Notes under the pieces: generated by a model
Database searches by the model: none
What the model was told of the DNA's origin: nothing
The model's input: the letters and a program-made list of their open reading frames with translations, nothing else
Shown here: positions 10,204 to 20,724 of the stretch, one piece after another
How the letters are laid out: the number at the start of each line of letters is the position of its first letter
Numbering within the stretch: position 1 is the stretch's first letter
Assembly: GCA_045561235.1 (NCBI GenBank)
Contig: JBJKYB010000002.1
Span: 18,962 to 82,961, forward strand
Length of the DNA stretch: 64,000 nt
DNA from: Gammaproteobacteria bacterium
GTDB taxonomy: Bacteria; Pseudomonadota; Gammaproteobacteria; Poriferisulfidales; GCA-002705445
Direction: 5' to 3'
Position numbers and translations under genes: made by a program

Positions 10204-10895
10204 TGTTAAAAATACTTGCTAGTATTCAAAATATATCAGAAGCGAAAATTTTAATAAATTCAGATATTGATATTATAGATCTTAAGGATCCATCAAAAGG
10301 CGCTTTGGGTAAATTAAATATTAATGATATTATTAATATAATAAATTTTATTGATAAAAAAAAACTTACAAGTTCTACTATTGGTGATTTACCAAATGAC
10401 AAGAAATTAATTTCTAAAAGTGTAGATGAGTTAAGTATTCTTAATATTGATTTTATTAAAATTGGAGTCTATGAAAGAAGTTATATTAATACAATAGCTG
10501 AAGTTAATTCATGTAAGAAACTTATAGCAGTTTTTTTTGCAGATCTATTCTTGCCTAAAGAAAAAGATTTATTATTCTTAAAAGAATCTGGCTTTTCTGG
10601 TGTAATGATAGATACTTCTAATAAGAAATTAGGAAATCTCTTCGATCATGCGTCTTTCTCTGAAATAAATAGTTTCATATCAAATGCAAAAAAACTTAAT
10701 TTATTGACTGGAATTGCAGGCTCAATTAACGAATCGCATATAAATCAAATTTCAAAAATTAATCCAAACTATATGGGTTTTAGAGGAGCTCTTTGTGAAA
10801 ATAAATTAATTAGAAATTCAACTATATCTGCCAAGAATGTTAAAAATATTATTCATCAAGTTAAAATTTCAAGAGAAATTTCTATGAGCGCTTGA
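10203..10895 (+). CDS. mfnB: MfnB-like (5-formylfuran-3-yl)methyl phosphate synthase family protein (methanofuran/methylofuran biosynthesis)
   Basis: 230 aa. The N-terminus MLKILASIQNISEAKILINSDIDIIDLKDPSKGALGK matches the MJ1099/MfnB family signature (...ADIIDVKNP.EGSLGA). The size also fits. Confidence 0.6.
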   Translation: MLKILASIQNISEAKILINSDIDIIDLKDPSKGALGKLNINDIINIINFIDKKKLTSSTIGDLPNDKKLISKSVDELSILNIDFIKIGVYERSYINTIAEVNSCKKLIAVFFADLFLPKEKDLLFLKESGFSGVMIDTSNKKLGNLFDHASFSEINSFISNAKKLNLLTGIAGSINESHINQISKINPNYMGFRGALCENKLIRNSTISAKNVKNIIHQVKISREISMSA

Positions 10896-12366
10896 ATGAA
10901 TTAAAATTAAAATAAATAGTGCTATATAAAAATACCGTAAAAAGAAAAAAATAAATAATGTCGTATCCATATTTGGACAGAGGCGTTTGACCATTCCTAG
11001 CATATATTTCTTTATTTATATAACCCCTTTCGTTGTATTTTATAAAATCTGCTATTGTTCCATCTGGTGTTATAATGGCAGATATTCCAGTATTTGTTGA
11101 CCTAATAGAATACCTTTGATTTTCCAAAGACCTCATAACTAAGGCATCTAAATGCTGATAAGGAGCAAGCGAATTATCACCAAACCAACCATCGTTTGAG
11201 ACATTTAAAATGAAATCTGTATCTTTATCAATAATAAGTGACTCAAATGAAAATATGCTTTCGTAACAAATTAATGAGTGTGCAGTATAGTTACTAATTT
11301 TTAATGAACTCCTTGTATCACCATTTTTAATGTCATAGATATTTAAACCTAAAGATTCATAAATTCCTCCTAGTGCATTTTTAAAAGGCAGGAATTCACC
11401 AAATGGAACCAAATGCTTTTTATTATAGATGTTGTTAGCTTGAGCAGATACGTTAATAATAGAATTATAGATAAAATCACCATCTTTATAAAATGTTCCT
11501 GTTACTAAAGAAGAAGACTTTGGAATATCCTCAAGTATTTCTTTATAAAAACTATCTTTTAAATCATTATAAATAATTGGTAAAGGTGCTTCTGGCCAAA
11601 GAATAATATTGGGAGAAAATGGTGAAGAGGATAAAGTTAACTCTTTTAGGATTTTCATTCTGTTGATAATTTCTTCGTTACTATAAGAGAGTTTATTTTT
11701 TATATTTGGCTGAATTATAGATATTTTTATTATATCATCAGATTCAGTCGTCCAATTTTTTTTATATATACCAGATAAGCCTATTAAGATAAATGTTGCT
11801 AATGATACAAAAAAAACAGTATCTTTATTTTTAAAAATATTTATAAATATTATTGAGATAATAAAAATAATAAAAGTTAATCCGTGAACACCAAAAACAG
11901 GAAAGAAATTTTCTAAAGGTGTATTAATTGCAGCTTGCCCAAAATTTAACCAAGAATATCCAGTAAATAAGTTTGATCTAAAAATTTCAAAAATAGTAAT
12001 AAGTATTGCCATAACTATTAAGGAATAATTTTTTTTAATATTTATTTTTTTATTCAATAAAGAAGTTATTGCCACTGGCACTATAAAAAAAAATGATAAA
12101 TAAAACGTAAATGTAATTACTAGTAAAATTGTTAAGAAATAATTTACATCCGCATAGTATGTGATTACGTTGTTTAGCCAATAGGTTCCAACAGAAAAAT
12201 AACCTAGAGAAAAAAATAAAGATTTTAATATTGTGGATTTTATTTCCTCAAGATCTATTAACAATAAAAATAAAACAATACTAAAAATTGAAAATATACT
12301 TATATTATAAGGTGAGAAAGATAATGTATATAAACCTCCCAATATAAAGCATGTAAAATATTTCAT
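10882..12366 (-). CDS. lnt: apolipoprotein N-acyltransferase
   Basis: 494 aa with N-terminal multi-TM region plus C-terminal CN-hydrolase domain (WPE..P, VPFGEFLPF), in the conserved ybeZ-ybeY-corC-lnt context. Confidence 0.9.
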   Translation of the reverse strand: MKYFTCFILGGLYTLSFSPYNISIFSIFSIVLFLLLIDLEEIKSTILKSLFFSLGYFSVGTYWLNNVITYYADVNYFLTILLVITFTFYLSFFFIVPVAITSLLNKKINIKKNYSLIVMAILITIFEIFRSNLFTGYSWLNFGQAAINTPLENFFPVFGVHGLTFIIFIISIIFINIFKNKDTVFFVSLATFILIGLSGIYKKNWTTESDDIIKISIIQPNIKNKLSYSNEEIINRMKILKELTLSSSPFSPNIILWPEAPLPIIYNDLKDSFYKEILEDIPKSSSLVTGTFYKDGDFIYNSIINVSAQANNIYNKKHLVPFGEFLPFKNALGGIYESLGLNIYDIKNGDTRSSLKISNYTAHSLICYESIFSFESLIIDKDTDFILNVSNDGWFGDNSLAPYQHLDALVMRSLENQRYSIRSTNTGISAIITPDGTIADFIKYNERGYINKEIYARNGQTPLSKYGYDIIYFFLFTVFLYSTIYFNFNSFKRS

Positions 12367-12378
12367 TAGTTAAACCTG

Positions 12379-13185
12379 TTATTCTTTGATTTCAACTTGA
12401 ATACTATGAATTCTTCTTTGGTCTGAGATCTTTATTTGAAACTTGAAATTATCAAATGATATTTCATCATGTGTTTTCGGCAAACCTTTAAAATTATTAA
12501 TTAGAAGTCCGCTAATTGTATCAAATTTTTCATTTTTGTAATTACTGTTGAAAAATTCATTAAATTCTGTAATTGGTGTTGATCCAGACACCATATATAT
12601 AGATTTTTTAATCTTTTTTATATTATTATTCGACTTTAAAGTATCATGTTCGTCTATAATATCACCAACAATTTGTTCTAAAACATCTTCTATAGTAATT
12701 AATCCAGAAACACCACCGTATTCATCCACAACAACGGCCAAATGGTTTCTACCAGATTTAAATTCACTCAATAAAACATTTAATTTTTTTGTTTCTGGAA
12801 TAATAACGCTTGGTCTTATTATATCTTCAATATTAAAATTATTATTATCTTTTTTTAAATATTTTAATAAATCCTTTGCTAATAATATACCAACTATCTC
12901 GTCTTTATTTTCTAATATAACAGGGAATCTTGAATGAGATGAATTGATTATTAAGGGAAGTATTTCTTCTATGGTTGAATTTTTTTTAATTATAACCATA
13001 TTTGATCTTGGAATCATAATATCTTTTACTCGCGTCTCCTGTACTTTAAAAACTCCAAGTAACATTGAGAGAAGCTCCATATTGATATACTTTTTTTTAT
13101 GATACCTACGTAATTGGGAAATAATTTTCTTTTTATTTAAATTACTTTCGTAAAATTCTGTAATCAATTTTTTTATTAATTTCAT
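12379..13185 (-). CDS. corC: CBS-domain Mg2+/Co2+ efflux-associated protein (CorC/YbeX)
   Basis: 268 aa with tandem CBS pair plus CorC_HlyC C-terminal domain; position after ybeY as in E. coli. Confidence 0.85.
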   Translation of the reverse strand: MKLIKKLITEFYESNLNKKKIISQLRRYHKKKYINMELLSMLLGVFKVQETRVKDIMIPRSNMVIIKKNSTIEEILPLIINSSHSRFPVILENKDEIVGILLAKDLLKYLKKDNNNFNIEDIIRPSVIIPETKKLNVLLSEFKSGRNHLAVVVDEYGGVSGLITIEDVLEQIVGDIIDEHDTLKSNNNIKKIKKSIYMVSGSTPITEFNEFFNSNYKNEKFDTISGLLINNFKGLPKTHDEISFDNFKFQIKISDQRRIHSIQVEIKE

Positions 13186-13188
13186 AAT

Positions 13189-13632
13189 TTATATTTCATA
13201 AGGTTTAAAAATATTAAATTTTTTTAAAAAACTAATCTCCATATCTTCCATCTTTTTTCTTTCTACAATATTATTATGATCATAACCAAGTAAATGAAGT
13301 AAGCTGTGAATTGTTAGGTGTGCCCATCTATCTAATTTTCTTTTATTATACAAAGAAGAGTCATTATTTATTTTATTTGCACACATTACAACATCTCCTA
13401 ATATAATTTTATTATCTAAATTGAAATCTTCCGCAGGAAAAGCTAAAGTATCTGAAACTTTATCTATTTTTTTATATAACTTGTTAAAGCCTTTCATCTC
13501 ATCTGGAGTAATTATTTTGATATTTATTTCCGCATTATCTTTATAATTAACTACGTTTATCCAATCGCTGAAGTATTTTTGCTCAGGAACAAACTCATTT
13601 TTAATATTGTTAATAAGGTGACATTCAATCAT
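13189..13632 (-). CDS. ybeY: rRNA maturation endoribonuclease YbeY
   Basis: 147 aa; zinc-binding H..H....H motif (HSLLHLLGYDH). Confidence 0.9.
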   Translation of the reverse strand: MIECHLINNIKNEFVPEQKYFSDWINVVNYKDNAEINIKIITPDEMKGFNKLYKKIDKVSDTLAFPAEDFNLDNKIILGDVVMCANKINNDSSLYNKRKLDRWAHLTIHSLLHLLGYDHNNIVERKKMEDMEISFLKKFNIFKPYEI

Positions 13633-14585
13633 GAGGATTTTTTTTCATAAGCATTTATTATTTTTTTTACAATTGGGTGCCTCATTACGTCTTCTTCAGT
13701 AAATTTACATATGCTAATCCCAGGAATTTCCTTCAAAAGAGGCAAGACATGAACAAGGCCTGAAAAAGCATTAGGAAGATCAATTTGAGTAATATCACCT
13801 GTAATAACTGCTTTAGATTCTCTGCCCAAACGTGTTAAAAACATCTTCATCTGTTCTTTTGTGCTATTTTGAGCTTCATCTAAAATAATAAAGGAATTAT
13901 TAAGAGTTCTTCCTCTCATATAGGCTAGTGGAGCAACTTCTATAACATTTTGTTCAATAAATTTATTAAGTAGACTTGATCCCATTATTGAATTTAAAGC
14001 ATCATACATTGGTCTTAAGTAAGGATCGATTTTTTGTGATAAATCACCCGGTAAAAAACCTAAATTTTCACCAGCCTCAACCGCAGGGCGTACCAAAATA
14101 ATTTTCTTTATAAGACCAAGCTCATAACAGTGTAATGCAGCACCTATAGCTAAAAATGTTTTACCAGAGCCAGCGGAACCTACAGAAAAGACTACATCAT
14201 TTTTTAATATTGAATTATAAAAATTCAATTGATTAGGCTTTTCAATATTGATTTTATAATTTTTGAATTGAAAACAAGTTGAATTACTATTTTTTATGCC
14301 ATTTAGAGGTATTTTGCTTTTTAAGACATCTGGTTCCTGCAAAAAATTTCTAAGTTCAGTAATAGATATATTATCTTTTTCTGTTTTCAGATATAAATCC
14401 TTGATAAAATTAGATGCAAGACTAATGTTCTTTTTTACACCAATTAAGTTAAATAAATTCCCTCTTTGATTAATTTCAACATCAAATCTCAATTCGATTT
14501 CTTTTAAGTTCGTATTGAGTGGACCACATAAATTTAATAATCTGTTATTATCGACTGGCTCTAGTATGATCTGTATTTTTTCCAT
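13629..14585 (-). CDS. ybeZ: PhoH-like ATPase (YbeZ)
   Basis: 318 aa; Walker A GSAGSGKT and Walker B ILDEAQN; conserved miaB-ybeZ-ybeY context. Confidence 0.9.
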   Translation of the reverse strand: MEKIQIILEPVDNNRLLNLCGPLNTNLKEIELRFDVEINQRGNLFNLIGVKKNISLASNFIKDLYLKTEKDNISITELRNFLQEPDVLKSKIPLNGIKNSNSTCFQFKNYKINIEKPNQLNFYNSILKNDVVFSVGSAGSGKTFLAIGAALHCYELGLIKKIILVRPAVEAGENLGFLPGDLSQKIDPYLRPMYDALNSIMGSSLLNKFIEQNVIEVAPLAYMRGRTLNNSFIILDEAQNSTKEQMKMFLTRLGRESKAVITGDITQIDLPNAFSGLVHVLPLLKEIPGISICKFTEEDVMRHPIVKKIINAYEKKSS

Positions 14586-14592
14586 ATATTAG

Positions 14593-15921
14593 CTATATAT
14601 TTATAATTTCCCCTTTAAGAGATCTATTACTTAATTCAGTAATTTTAACATCAATAATTTTACCAATTAAATTTTTGTTTCCTGGAACTGAGATTAATTT
14701 ATTATTTCTTGTTCTTCCTAACACCATATTATTATATTTTGAAGATATCGATTCAACTAAAATCTCCTCTTTACAGCCAACTATTAATTTTGATTTATTT
14801 TTTGATAACTTGTTTATAGTTTGCTTCAGAAAATTAAGTCTTTCTTTTTTCTCTTCCATACTAACATCATCCTTTAGCATAGAAGCTGGAGTTCCTGGTC
14901 TTTTGCTATATATAAAACTATATGATTGATCAAATTTTAAATCTTTTATCACATCAATAGTTTTTAAGAAGTCTTCTTCAGTTTCTCCAGGAAATCCAAC
15001 AATAAAATCGGAAGAAAAAGTAATGTCTGGTCGAGCTTCTAAAAGTTTTCTTATCACTGACTTATACTCTAATACTGTATAGCCTCTTTTCATAGCTGAT
15101 AATATTCTATCAGAACCGCTCTGAATTGGTAAGTGTAAGTGACTTACTAATTGTGGTATTTTTTTATATGCTTGATATATTTGCTCATCAAAATTATTTG
15201 GATGCGAAGTAGTATACCTTATTCTTTTAATTTTTTTATTTCTGGCAATATAAAATAGTAATAATCCAAAATTAACAATATTTCCATCTTCATCTTTATA
15301 AAAATATGCATTTACATTTTGACCAAGCAAAGTTATTTCTTTAGTACCATTATCGGTAAGGCTATCAATTTCTCTTAAAATATCTTTTAATGGCCTGCTA
15401 ACTTCAGTCCCTCTTGTATAGGGCACAACACAATAAGAACAATATTTACTGCATCCCTCCATTATTGTGACAAACTCAGAAAACTTTGATTCTGTGGAAG
15501 TTGGAAGATTATCAAATTTTTCAATTAAAGGAAAATCAACATCAACTATTGTGTTCTTTGAGCTCAATGATTCTTTATAAATTTTTGGAAGTCGATGAAT
15601 AGTTTGTGGGCCAATAACCATATCTACATAGGGAGCTCTTTTTGAAATATTGTCACTTTCCTGCGATGCAACGCAGCCCGTGACACCAATAACAAGCCCT
15701 GGTTTATTATTTTTTAATTTTCTCCATTTTCCTAATAAAGAAAATACTTTTTCCTGAGCTTTTTCTCTGATTGAACATGTGTTTACAATTAAGATGTCAG
15801 CGTCCTCTTTAACACGTGTGAATTCAAACTTCATTTCGTTAGAAAGTAAATCTTTCATTTTATCACTGTCATATTCATTCATTTGACAGCCCTGCGTTTC
15901 GATATAATATTTTTTTTTCAT
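14593..15921 (-). CDS. miaB: tRNA-i6A37 methylthiotransferase (radical SAM)
   Basis: 442 aa; MTTase N-domain cysteines, radical SAM CxxxCxxC (CSKYCSYC) and TRAM domain. Confidence 0.95.
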   Translation of the reverse strand: MKKKYYIETQGCQMNEYDSDKMKDLLSNEMKFEFTRVKEDADILIVNTCSIREKAQEKVFSLLGKWRKLKNNKPGLVIGVTGCVASQESDNISKRAPYVDMVIGPQTIHRLPKIYKESLSSKNTIVDVDFPLIEKFDNLPTSTESKFSEFVTIMEGCSKYCSYCVVPYTRGTEVSRPLKDILREIDSLTDNGTKEITLLGQNVNAYFYKDEDGNIVNFGLLLFYIARNKKIKRIRYTTSHPNNFDEQIYQAYKKIPQLVSHLHLPIQSGSDRILSAMKRGYTVLEYKSVIRKLLEARPDITFSSDFIVGFPGETEEDFLKTIDVIKDLKFDQSYSFIYSKRPGTPASMLKDDVSMEEKKERLNFLKQTINKLSKNKSKLIVGCKEEILVESISSKYNNMVLGRTRNNKLISVPGNKNLIGKIIDVKITELSNRSLKGEIINI

Positions 15922-16949
15922 TAATTTTTATTTTGTTCTAGACCTGCACCAATTTTAATTAGATAAAACAATAAAGGCAAGTAAGCTACTATAGTAATAA
16001 CAATATGATAACTCATGTAGGTATTAGATAACAATGCCAATGGAAAAACCCAAACCATATTTATTATAATCATCCACTTTATTGTAAATAAATGAGAATT
16101 TTTTTTTATCGTAATTATATGAAACGCATGAGTCAAATGAGGATGTGCAATATTCCTTTTTGTTACTATTCTAACTAACAATGTATAACTTGCATCTGCA
16201 ATAAAAATTGAAAGTAAAATCAACCATGTATAAATACTCAAAATTGATTCTGAAGCACTAAAAAAAATATAAAAAGCTATTATGCATCCAAGTGAAACAC
16301 TTCCAGTATCTCCCATGAAGATTTTTGCAGGATACCAATTTCTTATCAAGAAACCAAGGTTCGCAGCACCAAGCCCAGCCAAGTACATATAAGTAAAGCT
16401 GTTGGGATTATTATTATATGCTAATAATGATGCTGCCAATGATATGAAAATACATTCAAGAGATGCATAACCATCAATACCGTCCATAAAGTTATATAAA
16501 TTCATCAACCACATTGATAAAATTACTGAAAGAATAATAATTAGTAATGCTGATTGTCTTGTGTATGAATCAACATCAAAAAACATATCATTATTTACTT
16601 GAAAATAATAAATGATAAGTGATGCCGTAAAAAATTGAGTAAAAAGTCTTAACAATATATTTACATTTTTGAAATCATCAATTAAGCAGATTGTGATTAT
16701 TGGAGATATAACAATTATTAAAATTAAAAAAATATCAGAATCAATAGTAACAAATATGCTTAAAAGATAAATAAAAATCAAGTACGAAAATAAAATTGCC
16801 AGCCCCCCTGATGTTGGTACTGGTTTTTTATGGCTACTCCTAACATTCGGCTTATCTATAAATATAGAATATTTTAAAAATAATTTCTCCAAAAATAATG
16901 TAAAAGCAAAAGATATTAAGATGGTTATTAATAATAAAGTTAGTAGCAT
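15921..16949 (-). CDS. glycosyltransferase family 4 polyprenyl-phosphate sugar-1-phosphate transferase (WecA/MraY-like)
   Basis: 342 aa polytopic membrane protein with the signature NLYNFMDGIDG and DDxxN motifs of the MraY/WecA superfamily. Confidence 0.75.
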   Translation of the reverse strand: MLLTLLLITILISFAFTLFLEKLFLKYSIFIDKPNVRSSHKKPVPTSGGLAILFSYLIFIYLLSIFVTIDSDIFLILIIVISPIITICLIDDFKNVNILLRLFTQFFTASLIIYYFQVNNDMFFDVDSYTRQSALLIIILSVILSMWLMNLYNFMDGIDGYASLECIFISLAASLLAYNNNPNSFTYMYLAGLGAANLGFLIRNWYPAKIFMGDTGSVSLGCIIAFYIFFSASESILSIYTWLILLSIFIADASYTLLVRIVTKRNIAHPHLTHAFHIITIKKNSHLFTIKWMIIINMVWVFPLALLSNTYMSYHIVITIVAYLPLLFYLIKIGAGLEQNKN

Positions 16950-16974
16950 TTAAAATTTAAATTTTAATACATTA

Positions 16975-17415
16975 TTAAAATGGAATATCATCTTCAAAAT
17001 CATCTGAGTTTGAACTTTGTGAAGTATTATTTTTATCCTGGTTCATATCATCTGAAAATTGATTATTTCCTTGGTTAGATGATCCAGAACCACTTATAAA
17101 ATTAAAAGATTCACCTATTATATCTGTTGAAAATCTTTCAATACCATCTTTTTCATATTTACTTGTTTGCAATCTACCCTCTATATAGAGTTGTTGTCCT
17201 TTCTTTAAATACTGATCTATAACCTCTGCACTTCTACCAAAAAATACTACCCTGTGCCATTCGGTTTTTTCTTTTTTCTCCCCAGACCCTTTGTCGGTCC
17301 AATTCATGGATGTAGCTATACTTAATCTACAAGAAGTTACGCCTGAAGGAGATGATCTTAATTCTGGGTCGGCACCCAAATTTCCTAAAATTATAACTTT
17401 ATTTACGCCAGCCAT
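16975..17415 (-). CDS. ssb: single-stranded DNA-binding protein
   Basis: 146 aa; OB-fold N-terminus (MAGVNKVIILGNLGADPELR), Gly/Asn/Gln-rich linker and acidic C-terminal tail DDIPF. It is divergent from uvrA as in E. coli. Confidence 0.95.
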   Translation of the reverse strand: MAGVNKVIILGNLGADPELRSSPSGVTSCRLSIATSMNWTDKGSGEKKEKTEWHRVVFFGRSAEVIDQYLKKGQQLYIEGRLQTSKYEKDGIERFSTDIIGESFNFISGSGSSNQGNNQFSDDMNQDKNNTSQSSNSDDFEDDIPF

Positions 17416-17529
17416 TCAAAATCTCCTATAATTTATTATACATTATTCATATATTTGAAATTAATACTATACCTTTTAATTTAGTAGATATATTCTAGTT
17501 AGTTGGTCTTACAATAATATCATATGTAA

Positions 17530-20340
17530 ATGCAGAATATAGTAATTAAGGGCGCAAGAAGCCATAATTTAAAAAATATTGATATAACCATACCAAGAGA
17601 CAAGTTAATAGTAATAACTGGTTTGTCAGGTTCTGGTAAATCTACATTAGCATTCGACACTATCTTTGCTGAGGGCCAAAGAAGGTATGTTGAATCATTG
17701 TCTGCATATGCAAGACAATTTCTCACTAGAATGGAAAGACCTGAAGTTGATCATATAGAAGGCTTGTCTCCTGCAATATCGATAGAGCAAAAAACGACTT
17801 CGCATAATCCTAGATCAACTGTCGGAACAATTACGGAAATTCATGATTATTTAAGATTACTTTTTGCAAGAGCTGGGGAACCTAGATGTCCAATACATGG
17901 GGATAGTTTAGAAGGCAAATCAGCTTCAGAAATTGTAGAGGACATCTACGAAAAATATGATGATAATGAGTCATTAATAATACTTACACCCTTGGTTAAC
18001 AATAGAAAAGGAGAACACAAAAATATCATAGAAGATGTTAAAGCGAGAGGATTTGTAAGACTCAGAATAAATAATGTTATTTATAATATTTCAGAGCTTC
18101 CGAAAATAGATCCAAAAAAAAATAATACAATAGAACTAGTTTTGGATCGCTTAAAATGTAATAAAACATCAAAAATAAGATTAACAGAATCAATAGAAAC
18201 AGCTTTAAATTTTAAAAATGATACAGTTATCATTCACTCGCATGACCAAAAAAAAGATAAAAGCTATTCATCAAAATTTGCATGTCCAAAATGTGGGTAT
18301 AGTATAAAAGAATTAGAGCCAAGGCTTTTTTCATTTAATAGCCCAGTAGGTGCTTGTAAAGCATGTGATGGACTTGGTGTTAATCAATTTTTTGATGAAA
18401 ATAAGATCGTAAATAAAGATCTTAGTTTAGCCTCAGGATCTATAAAAGGCTGGGATAAAAGAAATGAGTTCTACTATCAAATTATTAAGTCCCTTTCTGA
18501 GCATTACAAATTTAATACAGATATACCATTTTCATCCTTAAGTAAAAAAATACAAAAAATTATTTTATATGGTACTGGAAACGAAGAAATAAAATTTATT
18601 TATTATAATAATAATGGAAAAAAAATTACTAAAATGCAAAGTTTTGAAGGTATTATTAGTAATTTTGAAAGAAGGTATAATAATACAGAATCGAATTTTG
18701 TAAGAGAAGAATTAAATAAATATCTTTCGAAGCAGGTTTGTGACGAATGTAACGGCACCAGATTGTGTGAAGACGCAAGAAACGTTTTTATTAATGATAA
18801 AAATATTACTGGTATCTCTTCTATGCCTATTGATGAATGTTTGAAGTTTTTTAAAAATATTTCTTTATCTGGTAAAAGAAAGAAAATTGCTGATAAACTT
18901 ATTACTGAAATATCCTCAAGATTAAGTTTTTTAAATAATGTGGGTTTAAATTATTTAAGCCTTGAAAGAAGCGCAGAAACTCTATCAGGAGGAGAAAACC
19001 AAAGAATTAGATTAGCTAGTCAAATTGGAGCAGGATTAGTTGGTGTTACTTACATTTTAGATGAGCCTTCTATTGGACTTCATCAGCGTGATAATGACAA
19101 ATTAATTGAAACTTTATATAAATTAAGAGATTTGGGAAATACTGTTATTGTTGTAGAACATGATGAATGTACCATTAGAGCAGCAGATTATGTGATAGAT
19201 ATAGGTCCAAGGGCAGGCGCGTACGGAGGTGAGATTATTGCAGAGGGTTCTCCTAAAGAAGTAGAAAAAAATAAAAATTCGATAACTGGATTATATTTGT
19301 CTGGTGAGAAAAAAATTTCAACTCCAGTTAAAAGGCTAAAGCCAAATTCTAAAAATTTAAGAATATCCAATGCATCCTCAAATAATTTAAAAAATATAAA
19401 TGTTGATATACCAATAGGACTATTAACATGTGTAACAGGTGTATCAGGATCAGGAAAATCAACTCTAATTAATGAAACACTCTTTAAATATCTAAGTAAT
19501 AAAATTAATAAAAATACTAATTATTATGGTGATGTTGAAACCATAGAAGGATGGGAGCAATTTGATAAGATAATTGAAATTAATCAAAGTCCCATAGGAA
19601 GAACACCAAGATCAAATCCAGCAACATATACTGGTCTTTTTACTTTAATCAGAGATTTATTTGCAGCGACACAAGAATCTAGGTCCAGAGGATATAGCCC
19701 CGGAAGATTTAGCTTTAATGTTAAAGGAGGAAGATGCGAATCATGTCATGGAGATGGCGTTATAAAAGTTGAAATGCACTTTTTGCCAGATATATATGTT
19801 CAATGCGATATTTGTAAAGGCAAAAGATACAATAATGCAACCTTGGAAATATTATATAAAAATAAAAATATTTCAGAAGTATTAGATATGACGGTGGAAG
19901 AGGCGTATCAATTTTTTGATAGCGTCCCTACTATAAAGAGAAAATTAAAAACGCTAATTGATGTTGGTCTTTCATACATAAAAGTTGGGCAAAATGCTAC
20001 AACACTTTCAGGTGGTGAAGCACAAAGAGTAAAACTTGCCAAAGAACTTTCAAAAAAAGATACAGGTAAAACTATATATATATTTGATGAACCAACTACA
20101 GGTCTTCATCTTCATGATGTTGATCAACTATTAAAAATTATTTATAAATTGAGAGATAAAGGAAATACGATAATTATTATTGAACACAATCTAGATGTAA
20201 TAAAAACAGCTGACTGGATAATTGACATGGGTCCAGAAGGCGGGATAAGAGGTGGCGATATTATTGCTCAAGGAACGCCAGAAACAATTTCAAAAAACAA
20301 AAATTCGTTTACAGGAAAATACTTAAAAAGTATATTATGA
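17530..20340 (+). CDS. uvrA: excinuclease ABC subunit A
   Basis: 936 aa; two ABC ATPase modules ([18 protein letters not shown]), zinc-finger cysteines and LSGGE signatures. Confidence 0.97.
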   Translation: MQNIVIKGARSHNLKNIDITIPRDKLIVITGLSGSGKSTLAFDTIFAEGQRRYVESLSAYARQFLTRMERPEVDHIEGLSPAISIEQKTTSHNPRSTVGTITEIHDYLRLLFARAGEPRCPIHGDSLEGKSASEIVEDIYEKYDDNESLIILTPLVNNRKGEHKNIIEDVKARGFVRLRINNVIYNISELPKIDPKKNNTIELVLDRLKCNKTSKIRLTESIETALNFKNDTVIIHSHDQKKDKSYSSKFACPKCGYSIKELEPRLFSFNSPVGACKACDGLGVNQFFDENKIVNKDLSLASGSIKGWDKRNEFYYQIIKSLSEHYKFNTDIPFSSLSKKIQKIILYGTGNEEIKFIYYNNNGKKITKMQSFEGIISNFERRYNNTESNFVREELNKYLSKQVCDECNGTRLCEDARNVFINDKNITGISSMPIDECLKFFKNISLSGKRKKIADKLITEISSRLSFLNNVGLNYLSLERSAETLSGGENQRIRLASQIGAGLVGVTYILDEPSIGLHQRDNDKLIETLYKLRDLGNTVIVVEHDECTIRAADYVIDIGPRAGAYGGEIIAEGSPKEVEKNKNSITGLYLSGEKKISTPVKRLKPNSKNLRISNASSNNLKNINVDIPIGLLTCVTGVSGSGKSTLINETLFKYLSNKINKNTNYYGDVETIEGWEQFDKIIEINQSPIGRTPRSNPATYTGLFTLIRDLFAATQESRSRGYSPGRFSFNVKGGRCESCHGDGVIKVEMHFLPDIYVQCDICKGKRYNNATLEILYKNKNISEVLDMTVEEAYQFFDSVPTIKRKLKTLIDVGLSYIKVGQNATTLSGGEAQRVKLAKELSKKDTGKTIYIFDEPTTGLHLHDVDQLLKIIYKLRDKGNTIIIIEHNLDVIKTADWIIDMGPEGGIRGGDIIAQGTPETISKNKNSFTGKYLKSIL

Positions 20341-20715
20341 TTCTTCTATAACTTCCTCTTTTTTGTCTACTAATTGAACAATAGCCATTGGGGCTTTATC
20401 ACCTGCTCTGTAACCGCATTTTAATACTCTAAGGTAGCCACCTGGTCTTTCTTTAAATCTTGGACCTAATTCATTAAAAAGCTTGGCCACAGCTTCTTTT
20501 GATCTTATGCGAGAAAAAACTATTCTTCTTTTTGCAACTGTATCAACTTTAGAGATAGTGATTAAGCGCTCGACAAAACCTCTTAGCTCTTTAGCTTTTG
20601 GTACTGTTGTTTTTATTTCCTCGTGCTCAATCAAAGAGGCCATCATATTTTTAAACATGGCAGCTCTATGTGATGAAGTTCTATTAAATTTTCTTCCAGA
20701 ATATTTATGTCTCAA
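20335..20715 (-). CDS. rplQ: 50S ribosomal protein L17
   Basis: 126 aa; [17 protein letters not shown]... is classic L17. It is the last gene of the alpha operon. Confidence 0.95.
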   Translation of the reverse strand: MRHKYSGRKFNRTSSHRAAMFKNMMASLIEHEEIKTTVPKAKELRGFVERLITISKVDTVAKRRIVFSRIRSKEAVAKLFNELGPRFKERPGGYLRVLKCGYRAGDKAPMAIVQLVDKKEEVIEES

Positions 20716-20724
20716 TTTTATCTC

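Noticed and set aside
12548-12937. Antisense ORFs within corC (12548..12937), miaB (14675..14929), fusA (34340..34546, 35204..35541), rpoC, rpoB, tuf (48552..48951, 49137..49349), glnS (60125..60319, 60833..61078) and several ribosomal protein genes
   Set aside because: All lie entirely inside strongly conserved genes on the opposite strand and have no recognisable protein features.
17520-17726. 68-aa minus-strand ORF overlapping the uvrA start
   Set aside because: It is antisense to the highly conserved uvrA N-terminus; no support.
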